Of a stretch of 64,000 nucleotides of DNA, positions 26,934-35,790 are shown piece by piece. The stretch spans positions 1-64,000 of IMG/VR virus record IMGVR_UViG_3300037400_002699; one strand, 5' to 3'. Made by a program: the position numbers and the translations under genes. The notes below the pieces were generated by a model, which saw only the letters and a list, made by a program, of their open reading frames with translations, searched no databases and was not told where the DNA came from. Positions within the stretch are counted from its first letter, which is position 1, and every line of letters starts with the position of its first letter. The DNA is from a virus (taxonomy: Duplodnaviria > Caudoviricetes).

Positions 26934-27327
26934 CGCACTTACCTATGAACTCCTCATTGAAGAGCTGTTTTCTGATGCTGCTCTTGCCCTTGGTGTTGGC
27001 TTTGTTGTAGTTTTTAACAAGTGACACCATCTTTGCAATGGGTGAGATACTGACACTAACCTCCTCGCGTCTTGTGGGGATTCTTACAGCCTCTATGATG
27101 AAGTCCTTAGCCCACTCTGGTTGGAATGTTTCAACTTTTTCTGAGACACAATCATAGGCGAAGTCAGCCTCCACGTAGGTATATGCCTTATGGATGTCAT
27201 CAGTTAGCTCAAAGTCCCAGTACTGCATTCTAACACCATCAATATACTTGACATGTGTATCCATACTCTTGTAATACTTGACAGAACCATCCTTTTTGGA
27301 TGTAAATTTAACTGCATATCTTGTCAT
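26899..27327 (-). CDS. Hypothetical protein
   Basis: ATG 27327 downstream of minus-strand promoter (TAACTTTGCA at ~27344-27353). Confidence 0.65.
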   Translation of the reverse strand: MTRYAVKFTSKKDGSVKYYKSMDTHVKYIDGVRMQYWDFELTDDIHKAYTYVEADFAYDCVSEKVETFQPEWAKDFIIEAVRIPTRREEVSVSISPIAKMVSLVKNYNKANTKGKSSIRKQLFNEEFIGKCVESLKQINALK

Positions 27328-27438
27328 AATTTTATAATTTTGGTGCAAAGTTAGACAAAAAATCTGAGATATCCAAAGAAATTAACATTAATTAAGGAAA
27401 AAGACACTCATTGGCCTCCTGGTATCTCTCCAGTTCCT

Positions 27439-27711
27439 TTACTGTAGATATGATGTAACGTAAGAGTATGTGGTGAAGAACTTTGTTCCTCCTGTTGTAA
27501 GAACAACGGCAAAGAAGGAGCTATAACTTGACATAAAGTTAAGCAAATTGCAGCATTCGCTGTAGTCAGTAATGTCAAATGAGATTGACGAGTCATAACT
27601 ACCGCCAGTAACCTGGATATCTGCATGATACCCACCTTCCTCATATGGTGTAAGTTCAAACCTTGACACCTGTGGAACTGCTATTCTAAAGATTTTCTCG
27701 AACTTTTTCAT
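27439..27711 (-). CDS. Hypothetical protein
   Basis: 90 aa ORF. Confidence 0.6.
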   Translation of the reverse strand: MKKFEKIFRIAVPQVSRFELTPYEEGGYHADIQVTGGSYDSSISFDITDYSECCNLLNFMSSYSSFFAVVLTTGGTKFFTTYSYVTSYLQ

Positions 27712-28187
27712 AATTTACTAATATAGATGTGATTAGGATATCTACCAAGGACGAAGAGTGTAACTGGGCAAATCCAGAATCTCTTCTGCTGAGTACCGTT
27801 TGCAATATCAGCATCGTCAACCTCCTGCTTATAGTCAGCACCAAGCAGGTACTTATCCAGTATAGACTTTTTTCCAAGGCTTTGTGGAATAAGTTTCTCG
27901 TAGTGGTCGAACTCATGTCCGAAGTACATGCCATATGGATACTTCCTAGCGATAATCTTTATTGTTACCTCGTTCTCACCATTGGCATAGAGTTCACAGA
28001 GTTTGTCAGCCCCGCATACCATTTCAAGGTTGGAATGGTCGAATCCCCAGCCCTTGAACTTGTAGTACCATCTTCTTACGCCGTTGTCTTCCTCACAGAT
28101 GAAGGTGAGCTTGTAGTTCTCCCTGCGTATGATGAAGTTGAACAGCAGTGCCAGTATGGTGTAAATTTTCTTGATAATATTCTTCAT
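27708..28187 (-). CDS. Conserved hypothetical protein (DUF6717-like, tentative)
   Basis: LEMV.GAD.L...W.CPVTLFV...P..IY pattern; promoter at ~28208-28240. Confidence 0.65.
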   Translation of the reverse strand: MKNIIKKIYTILALLFNFIIRRENYKLTFICEEDNGVRRWYYKFKGWGFDHSNLEMVCGADKLCELYANGENEVTIKIIARKYPYGMYFGHEFDHYEKLIPQSLGKKSILDKYLLGADYKQEVDDADIANGTQQKRFWICPVTLFVLGRYPNHIYISKL

Positions 28188-28266
28188 ACTTTATTAATAT
28201 TTTCTGGTGCAAATGTAGACAAAAAAATCGAGATAACCAAAAATTACCTCGATTTTTAACATTTTT

Positions 28267-28725
28267 TTACTCAAGGGCTGCGTTAGCAAATTCCTCTTCA
28301 GTCATTGTCTCCTGTTCATCTGGCTTGATATCCATGAGTTCGATATAAGCCAAGCCCAGTTCTGAGTCTGACTCCCTGCAACGCTTCTCGATACCCTTTA
28401 GCTTCGTTCTGCGTTTGTTAATCTCAACGATGGCTGCACTGATGCATTCCCGCTTTGTGAGGGCGTACACGTCAATTGAGAGACCAATCTCATCATTGTC
28501 CCTTTCGTTCACGTAGCTAGCCAATGCTCTTCGTGGCGTGATGGTTGTGACATCATCTGATAGATTGAGATATATGTTGCTTGGGTATCTGATGATGCTA
28601 CTTATTGTCAGCTCCTTAAACGCCTCACTATTTGGATATCTGTAGATGATTGAATCTACCAGTGAGAGCTTATAAACCTTGTCGTTTACCTTAGCCTCTT
28701 CAAAAAATTTAGTTCTTTCTGCCAT
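28267..28725 (-). CDS. Hypothetical protein
   Basis: 152 aa ORF. Confidence 0.7.
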   Translation of the reverse strand: MAERTKFFEEAKVNDKVYKLSLVDSIIYRYPNSEAFKELTISSIIRYPSNIYLNLSDDVTTITPRRALASYVNERDNDEIGLSIDVYALTKRECISAAIVEINKRRTKLKGIEKRCRESDSELGLAYIELMDIKPDEQETMTEEEFANAALE

Positions 28726-28727
28726 TG

Positions 28728-29120
28728 CTATATTCTTATTAATTGCTTACTTTCAAAATCCCATCTATACCCCACTTCCTTCAATTTTTCAACGAGGAAT
28801 TGTATCTCATAGTTGTTAGCCTTATAGGTGTCATAGCCACTCCCCATAAACACTGGGTGATTTTGTGGGTTTAGGTATCCACGTTTATCCTTGAAATTCC
28901 ACCACACCAGGCAGGAAACAATACCATCATCTGTCATTTCCTTGAATATTTCCACAATGAGGAAATCTCCCTTGTGACCATATACTGATTCTTTATATCT
29001 CACAAGGAAATCGCCATACTTAGGCAATTCATTAAATCTCTTGTTTTGATACAGGTAATGTATTGTTTTCCTAGCTCTTATGCCAAGTTTCGCACTCATT
29101 ATATCAAGTTTCTCGCTCAT
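28728..29120 (-). CDS. Hypothetical protein
   Basis: 130 aa ORF. Confidence 0.7.
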   Translation of the reverse strand: MSEKLDIMSAKLGIRARKTIHYLYQNKRFNELPKYGDFLVRYKESVYGHKGDFLIVEIFKEMTDDGIVSCLVWWNFKDKRGYLNPQNHPVFMGSGYDTYKANNYEIQFLVEKLKEVGYRWDFESKQLIRI

Positions 29121-29773
29121 AGGTCAAGTAGTTTAGCCTTTTTCCAGTTTCTAGTCCAATGTTCATCCGTCTGGACGTGGTTTGGTCTTACATATTTGCA
29201 GACATAGTGTGGGAAATAGTCTATGGCGAATGAATCTGTTATTCTCATGACGATACCTTCCTTCTCCTTGCCGTAGGTTGATGGCTGCTTCATGAGGCCT
29301 GTTATGATTTCCTCAATCTGCTTCTCCGACTCTGCCTCACATATGTACAGTTCTGGCACATGTGGAACATCTAGGATAAATGCCATTTCGACAATTTCGT
29401 CCCAGGAGTACCATCTTTCACCGTCGTTGACTGCGAATATGTGGAAGTAGTTAAGAAGCTTATCGTAGATGATAGAGTGCTCTCCATAGAGGTTTTCACC
29501 GAAGATTTCCTCATTATCTCCTATGGAGTTCTTGATTCTCCAGTAGAGTCCGTCTTGACCCCACAGATTGATTGACCAGGGACTCCTAGTCTCTGCTGAA
29601 TGGGAACGTGCAAAGACTCCACTTTGGCAGAGACAGGTATTCTCTCCGTCAAGTTTCTCTGTGAAGACTATTTTCTTACCACGATAGAAATCAAACCAAT
29701 CACCTTGTAATTTCTTATCATCCTTTGTTGCACCTGGTGAAAAAGGTAGATGATATGTTCTCGGATACTTCAT
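29117..29773 (-). CDS. ATP-dependent RNA ligase family protein
   Basis: KYPRTYHLPFSPG, motif I TEKLDGEN, GEN, EGIV, KYVR. Confidence 0.88.
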   Translation of the reverse strand: MKYPRTYHLPFSPGATKDDKKLQGDWFDFYRGKKIVFTEKLDGENTCLCQSGVFARSHSAETRSPWSINLWGQDGLYWRIKNSIGDNEEIFGENLYGEHSIIYDKLLNYFHIFAVNDGERWYSWDEIVEMAFILDVPHVPELYICEAESEKQIEEIITGLMKQPSTYGKEKEGIVMRITDSFAIDYFPHYVCKYVRPNHVQTDEHWTRNWKKAKLLDL

Positions 29774-29868
29774 AATGGGTTCTCTCTAATATTGTCAATA
29801 ATTCACCCCACTTATAATGTAGGTTACTCCAGAATGCACGCCCTTCTTTTGTATCATTTTATTCTTCA

Positions 29869-31017
29869 TCAGAATCCTATTTTCTTTACTTCCTGCTTGT
29901 TTACGACATTTTCATCATCCTTGTTATAAATGTCAGCTAGAGTCATACCCTTCTTAGTGTCTGGGATAAACTTCTGAGTCTTCTCAATGGTCAATGCATT
30001 GAAAGTGTACTTGAGTGAAAGTCTTCCCTTTCTAAGCAGGGCATCGTCAATCTTGCTCTCTGGACAGTTAAATGAACAAATGAACTTACAGTTGACCGTC
30101 TCACCAATGATACCGTCTGTAAGGTTAAGGAGTGTACCCATGAATGGGTTTCCTTCCTCTCTCTTGGACAGAATCTTCTCGCAGTCCTCCAGTACCACCA
30201 CAGAATTTCTATATTCCAACAGGAATGAGATAAACGCTGATGATGTCACATTGCTAAGGAGGCTGGAATCAATGTACAGGAACTTCTTATCATCGATAAC
30301 ACCGATGAGGTGCTTGATGAGGGAGGTCTTACCAGTACCAGCCTTACCGTTGAAGAGGATAAGCTCCTTATGGTCTGAATTAAGAATCTTGACAATCTTC
30401 TCGTATGGTATGTCATCATTATAGTTCTTGTTGAGGTCAAGTTCCATTCTCTTGAACTCAAGCTGCTGGGTCATAAGACCGCTTGAATAGCCCTGTCTTA
30501 CCCACAGGTATGATGACATATCCTTGGTGTCCAAGTCAACCATCACAAGACTGTCCATGATGTATTCGGCGAGTTGCCCAACAGTATCCTTATTGTCTGT
30601 GAAAATCTTCACGTGTTCGATTCTCTTAATCTCGCTGTCTCCAATGTTGGCACTATATGTTTCTATTACGGCAAAGCCATCCTCAGTTAGGAACATTGCG
30701 ATATTGTTAACTGGGAATGCCACACAGCCAAGCTTTTCAGCAGTGTCGATAAACGAATAGTTCTTGGAATACCTTGTGAACTTATCCTTGGGAGTGACAT
30801 AATCCAGTGAACGCTTGTAAAGCTTCAATGCCTTTGTATCCTTCATTTCGGCAATACCATACTCATAGAGTGGGTTATGACCGTAGACATAGGTAAACAG
30901 GATTCTGTAATTGATTTCTGGACTCATGCCATGATTATCAATTAAAATGTCTGGATAATGTTCAATCAGTACCTTGTTATACTTGTCGATAATCTTTAAT
31001 GGTTGTTTTATCTCCAT
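29869..31017 (-). CDS. AAA+ ATPase
   Basis: Walker A GKAGTGKT, Walker B VVLEDCE, LLNLTDG, DDALLRKGR, C-terminal KKIGF; ATG 31017 after promoter at ~31076. Confidence 0.88.
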   Translation of the reverse strand: MEIKQPLKIIDKYNKVLIEHYPDILIDNHGMSPEINYRILFTYVYGHNPLYEYGIAEMKDTKALKLYKRSLDYVTPKDKFTRYSKNYSFIDTAEKLGCVAFPVNNIAMFLTEDGFAVIETYSANIGDSEIKRIEHVKIFTDNKDTVGQLAEYIMDSLVMVDLDTKDMSSYLWVRQGYSSGLMTQQLEFKRMELDLNKNYNDDIPYEKIVKILNSDHKELILFNGKAGTGKTSLIKHLIGVIDDKKFLYIDSSLLSNVTSSAFISFLLEYRNSVVVLEDCEKILSKREEGNPFMGTLLNLTDGIIGETVNCKFICSFNCPESKIDDALLRKGRLSLKYTFNALTIEKTQKFIPDTKKGMTLADIYNKDDENVVNKQEVKKIGF

Positions 31018-31175
31018 TATATGTTCTTTAATAGTTATACAATACGGGCATAGCGCATGCCCTCCAATTTTTTGTTGCAAAGATATACAAAAATTTTGGA
31101 ATAACCAAACAATTCTACCTTTTAAAGTGATTTTTAACAATATTTATAGGTTGGAAAAAGTATTTATAGTATAAT

Positions 31176-31583
31176 ATGGGTGTTATTAAAAACATAAAAG
31201 AGTCTATTGACGACAAGTCTTCAATGAGTGTGAACAGCATCACCATGTTGGTGTCTGCCATTATGGGCGTTATCATTGGACTTGTCATATGTTTTGTGCT
31301 CATATACGACGTAGTTTACGATGGTAAGGTTGACACCAACTTGACAGACATGGGTATCTTCCTGCTTTGCAGTGGTGGATACATCCTTGGAAGCGGTGTT
31401 CCAAAGGCTTGGGTTGACAGCAAGATGAAGACTCGTTCTTGGGTAGAGAATGAGAAGATGCAGATTGAGGCTGATGAGGACTTGAGAGACTACAGAATGG
31501 AGAGAAAGAGGAAAAGAATGGCTGGAGTTATGCCTCCAGAACCAGAGCCAGATGATGATAATTTAACACCAGATGAACCATAA
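31176..31583 (+). CDS. Two-TM membrane protein (holin-like candidate)
   Basis: Two hydrophobic helices and charged C-tail; twin TATTTATA at 31141 and 31161. Confidence 0.6.
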   Translation: MGVIKNIKESIDDKSSMSVNSITMLVSAIMGVIIGLVICFVLIYDVVYDGKVDTNLTDMGIFLLCSGGYILGSGVPKAWVDSKMKTRSWVENEKMQIEADEDLRDYRMERKRKRMAGVMPPEPEPDDDNLTPDEP

Positions 31584-31606
31584 TAAGATTTAAACATATA
31601 TAGTAT

Positions 31607-32722
31607 ATGAATAAGAAAGTACTTAGTTTTGTAAACAAGCTTGAGGGTTATAAGACAGCCATCAAGGAGCTTCATTGGGATGCTGATAATATGTCCCAGC
31701 ACGAGCTTTGTGACAAGATAGCAGACAGCATAGCTGAATTCCAGGATACTGTATCAGAGGTTGAACAATCAATCACTGGAAAGCTTGCAACTGGTAACTT
31801 GAAACCAGTATCATATAAGGTTACGACATTGAAGAAATTCGTTGAGGATGTATTGGATGCTACCAACACTTTCTACAAGAGTCTTGAGGATGAGGGAGAC
31901 ACATACACTGGCATGAGAAGTGACTGTGAGTCATTCCTGTCAGACATGCAGAGAAATCTCTACCTTGTCAACTTCACCATGAAGGAAGACCTTAAGAGAA
32001 GGCTTGCTAATAGAATCAACGAAGCATACAGGAAGGAAGAAAACATCAAGACGACGTTTCATGGTACAAAGCCTTCCACTGAGAAGGGTTTATTCAAGAG
32101 AATAAATGACCTAACGAAGAATGGGCAGCTTAATACAAGGTTATTTGGCGGTGTGTCTGATGCCCTTGATTTCTACAGGAGAATCCTTGGTAAAATTGGC
32201 AATCTTAGGTGTGTTGATGCCTGTGAAGGTAATAATTACGTTGTTAAGCTTGATACTGAAGGCGGGCTTAGTTATTTAGGCCTTATGAGAATTAAGGATG
32301 CTGAAGAAGGTAAGTGCAAGGCTAGTATTACATTCTCCCCACACGCTGATGCGAACGATGGTGTTGAACCAGAGGAATCAGAGCCTACAATTGAGGATGA
32401 CTTTGATTATGAGGATACTCCAAATAAATACGGAACTGTTCAAAACGATAGAAACTATGAGATTTATGGAGAAGGAAGAATCACCAGGATGACTGGTAGT
32501 GAACTTCACAATCTTATCAAGGAATCTGTAAAAAAGCTGCTTAAAGAAGAGGAAAGTTCATATAGGGGTATCTATATACAGGGCTTAGGATTGCCAGAAG
32601 AGTGGCTAATGCGTAAGATTGACTGGGCTTTTGATGAGAAGGGTTATTCACCAAAGCAAGTTCAGTGGATGGTTGACTGGTTGGCACATGAGACTTCTAA
32701 TGATGAAAATTATAGGCGTTAA
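31607..32722 (+). CDS. Ferritin/Dps-like N-terminal domain fused to further domains
   Basis: KELHW...HELCD..D...FQD..SE ferroxidase-like pattern; internal GSELHNLIKESVKKLLKEE motif. Confidence 0.65.
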   Translation: MNKKVLSFVNKLEGYKTAIKELHWDADNMSQHELCDKIADSIAEFQDTVSEVEQSITGKLATGNLKPVSYKVTTLKKFVEDVLDATNTFYKSLEDEGDTYTGMRSDCESFLSDMQRNLYLVNFTMKEDLKRRLANRINEAYRKEENIKTTFHGTKPSTEKGLFKRINDLTKNGQLNTRLFGGVSDALDFYRRILGKIGNLRCVDACEGNNYVVKLDTEGGLSYLGLMRIKDAEEGKCKASITFSPHADANDGVEPEESEPTIEDDFDYEDTPNKYGTVQNDRNYEIYGEGRITRMTGSELHNLIKESVKKLLKEEESSYRGIYIQGLGLPEEWLMRKIDWAFDEKGYSPKQVQWMVDWLAHETSNDENYRR

Positions 32723-32724
32723 TT

Positions 32725-32976
32725 TTGAATGCTATGATATCAGAGAATATAATAAACAATATAATCAGTGAGTCCATTAATCTTGTTCTTGAGGGAAAGA
32801 GCAGTATTCACATCAAGAAAAAGAACAAGGGAAAGTTCAATGCCTTGAAGAAGAGGACTGGAAAGTCCACTGAGGAGTTGACTCATTCGAAGAACCCGTT
32901 GACCAGGAAGAGGGCCGTGTTTGCTCAAAATGCTAAGAAGTGGTCCCACAAAGGCAGGAAAAATAAAAAGAGTTAA
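32725..32976 (+). CDS. Small basic putative virion DNA-binding protein
   Basis: IHIKKKNKGKF...RKRAVFAQNAKKW motif, resembling one in Bacteroidota phages, preceded by ISE.II.NIISES..LVLE segment. Confidence 0.65.
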   Translation: MNAMISENIINNIISESINLVLEGKSSIHIKKKNKGKFNALKKRTGKSTEELTHSKNPLTRKRAVFAQNAKKWSHKGRKNKKS

Positions 32977-33169
32977 GGAGAGACCTTAACTCTTTTTTCA
33001 TGCCTTTACGGTTATACTTACTTTTGTCCTTGTAGACACGGTTCATTGAAACAAATTGACCGCCGCCATTGCGTTCAAATTGTTCATCACGGCTAATCAT
33101 CCTCAGTATCTTGTACTGTTCCGTGCTCTTCGTTGGTTTACTTTTTTTACACATCTTGGAATCCTCCAT
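32933..33169 (-). CDS. Small basic hypothetical protein
   Basis: 78 aa, overlaps upstream stop. Confidence 0.5.
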   Translation of the reverse strand: MEDSKMCKKSKPTKSTEQYKILRMISRDEQFERNGGGQFVSMNRVYKDKSKYNRKGMKKELRSLLNSFYFSCLCGTTS

Positions 33170-33845
33170 CTTCTGTTAGTATAAACGCTTTTCTGCAATC
33201 AAGGCAAGCCCATGTCTTTGTTATGACTGGGCGTTCCTCCTGTTGTGAATGCCCGAATATCTGGTAAATTCCATCAATATCCTCACTATCCCCTTTTTCT
33301 GCGATGTCAGACCATACTATGCTGCCTATTCTACCAAAGCCGCCTCTTTCTCTTGATACCTGCATAAGTATCTCAGTTCCTTGTCTAAGTCCTTTAAGTT
33401 TATTAAGATTCTCAGCATTAAGGTCTCCTATCAGCTCCTTATGCTGCTCATACCATGACTTCAATACACCTGCATGTGTGAACAGATAATGCTTGTCCCC
33501 CTCATATTCATAAGCAAGCTGGAACAGCCCCCTATTGTTATTAAAGAGTCTATTTATAGACCATGCATGACTTGAGTCGTATCTTGACCTTGTTCTGAAG
33601 TTGCTATCGTAGTATTGATAGTCATGATTTCCAAGAAGCAATATGACCTTATCTGTATGAGCCTTCTTATACTCTATTATATCAGCGAAGTTATTGATTG
33701 CACCCCTCCTGGTGATACCCTCCCAGTTATATGGGTCAAGGTAGTCGCCAAGGAATACGATTTTATCACGCCCCTCAGCATGTCTTTCAACGGCATCTTT
33801 CCAGAACGTCCTACCATGTACATCACCTATTATAAGTATACTCAT
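33147..33845 (-). CDS. Calcineurin-like metallophosphoesterase
   Basis: GDVHG, GDYLD, GNHD, HAG, GHS motifs. Confidence 0.9.
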   Translation of the reverse strand: MSILIIGDVHGRTFWKDAVERHAEGRDKIVFLGDYLDPYNWEGITRRGAINNFADIIEYKKAHTDKVILLLGNHDYQYYDSNFRTRSRYDSSHAWSINRLFNNNRGLFQLAYEYEGDKHYLFTHAGVLKSWYEQHKELIGDLNAENLNKLKGLRQGTEILMQVSRERGGFGRIGSIVWSDIAEKGDSEDIDGIYQIFGHSQQEERPVITKTWACLDCRKAFILTEDGGFQDV

Positions 33846-33894
33846 ATTTTCTTTATGTTATTAGCTCTTTTATTTTTTTATATTTTCTATTTTT

Positions 33895-34536
33895 TTATTT
33901 GGTTTTTTTCATCCACATTTTCATATTTTCTTTCTCTTTTATTTGAGATTGGATTTTAAAGTTCAAATCTAGCCAAGATATTGGGGCATAATCGTTAAAG
34001 TCAACACCAACATCATATTGTGTTGGAAATTCATACTTTAAGACTCGTTCTATATCTAAACCTTTTGGACTGTTTCTAGATAGGTGAACGTGTCCATGAC
34101 ACTGGTACACCAGTCCCTTCGGGTCACGATAAGTACCTCCGTAACATAGGAATGGTACATGATTAAGGTAAACCTTCCTTCCCTCAATCTCCACCTTCAT
34201 CTGAAAGGTTACATAGTCAAATAGCTCCTTTTCTGCTGTAGGTGTCATATTCTTCTCATCGTGGTTTCCCTTGATAAGAATAATGTTACCATTAAGCTGG
34301 CTTCTGATATTCTTCCAGAACGGGTATCCACCCCAAGCAAAATCCCCAAGGTGGAAGACCAATCCATCCGCTGGTACTTTCTTATTCCAGTTTTCAATGA
34401 GCTTGTAGTTCATTTCCTCCACGTCCTTGAACGGGCGGTTACAGAACTCAATGATTCGTTCATGACCCCAGTGAGTATCTGACGTTAGAAATATCTTAGA
34501 GCCATCTGGATATTTTATATCAATATTCTCTTTCAT
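33895..34536 (-). CDS. Calcineurin-like phosphoesterase
   Basis: SDTHWGH, HLGDF, GNHD, GHVH motifs. Confidence 0.9.
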   Translation of the reverse strand: MKENIDIKYPDGSKIFLTSDTHWGHERIIEFCNRPFKDVEEMNYKLIENWNKKVPADGLVFHLGDFAWGGYPFWKNIRSQLNGNIILIKGNHDEKNMTPTAEKELFDYVTFQMKVEIEGRKVYLNHVPFLCYGGTYRDPKGLVYQCHGHVHLSRNSPKGLDIERVLKYEFPTQYDVGVDFNDYAPISWLDLNFKIQSQIKEKENMKMWMKKTK

Positions 34537-34591
34537 TGTGCAAAGTTATATATTTTTTTTCTGAAAAACAAAAAATCGTGGTTAAAGTCTG

Positions 34592-35452
34592 TTAAAGTAT
34601 CATTTTTAGGTCTTCGATGTTAAGTGCGTTATAGACAAATTCGTATGTGTCGTCATTGTATGTAATCTTAACACCGTTATTTTCCAGCATTTCAACACTC
34701 TTTATTGCATCCTTGTTAAATTCTATTGGTGAGTAGGTGAACATATCCCTTGATAGCATGAGCATGTCAAGGGTTGACATCTTTGCTATTTCACCCTCAG
34801 TACCATTTTCCAGTATTCTATTAAACTCTTTATCCCTAAAGGCGCAAGACCTTTCATAATTATCCATGAAAGCCCCCCATTTAAACAATAGATAATGTAA
34901 CGTGTTGTCATTTATTATAATCCTGTTCCAGCAGTCGTGCCAAGTAAGTGATGTCTCCGACTCATGGTTCGATATATTCTCCAGGGTTGTCCTGGTGACA
35001 AACCAACAGTTGCCTCCAAGTTCCTCTATGAGTTCCTTTTCATTCTTGAATCTTACGTCATCAATCACATAATTTTCATTCGGGTTTATCATGGCACGTA
35101 TCCTGTTAACGTGCCAATCCTTGTTATACTTTCTGATTAAGTCAGTACCTATAAACTGAAGCATCTGTCTTACGGTGTTTATGACTTTACCGTGACACTT
35201 CTCCCTTACGACATCCAATGGTATCTCAGTCTCTTCAGCAAGAATCTCGCACATATCGTCACCAATTGTAATTCCTATGTCGATTCCCTTGTTTTTGGCT
35301 TCGTTGAGTCCATCAATGGAAATATCCAGGAGGTCTGCACAGAGTTGCTTAAGTGGTAAGGCAAAGTACAACTTACGATACCCCAAGTTCTCACAGACTT
35401 TCGCAAGTTCCGTCTTTCCAGAACGCATGCGGCCAGCAAATCCGATAATCAT
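34592..35452 (-). CDS. Deoxynucleoside monophosphate kinase (T4 gp1-like)
   Basis: IIGFAGRMRSGKT, FALPLK, RQMLQFIGTD, IDDVRF.NE, HESE. Confidence 0.85.
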   Translation of the reverse strand: MIIGFAGRMRSGKTELAKVCENLGYRKLYFALPLKQLCADLLDISIDGLNEAKNKGIDIGITIGDDMCEILAEETEIPLDVVREKCHGKVINTVRQMLQFIGTDLIRKYNKDWHVNRIRAMINPNENYVIDDVRFKNEKELIEELGGNCWFVTRTTLENISNHESETSLTWHDCWNRIIINDNTLHYLLFKWGAFMDNYERSCAFRDKEFNRILENGTEGEIAKMSTLDMLMLSRDMFTYSPIEFNKDAIKSVEMLENNGVKITYNDDTYEFVYNALNIEDLKMIL

Positions 35453-35454
35453 AG

Positions 35455-35790
35455 TTATTCCTCCTCTTCTTCTTTATCCTCTTCCTCACCCCTGTCTTGT
35501 AAGGCAGTGTTGATAAGGTCTATCAAGTCCTTGAGTGGTATATTACCCATGACCTTATAGATAGGGTCGTCGTTCTCATCAAACAGGATTGTGGTTGGTA
35601 TTGACCTAATGCCAAGCTTCTCGAATGTAGGTGACATATCCTTGCGTTTTTCGATATTGATTACCTCAAATTCCAAATCCTTATATTCCTCCATTTCGCT
35701 GACTTTCCTAAACGTAGGTGCATAGTTTCTACATGGTATACACCAGTCAGCTGAGTATTTTACTACTTTTTTTACTTTATTAGTGTTCAT
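35455..35790 (-). CDS. Thioredoxin-like protein
   Basis: ADWCIPC active site, IRSIPT. Confidence 0.88.
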   Translation of the reverse strand: MNTNKVKKVVKYSADWCIPCRNYAPTFRKVSEMEEYKDLEFEVINIEKRKDMSPTFEKLGIRSIPTTILFDENDDPIYKVMGNIPLKDLIDLINTALQDRGEEEDKEEEEE

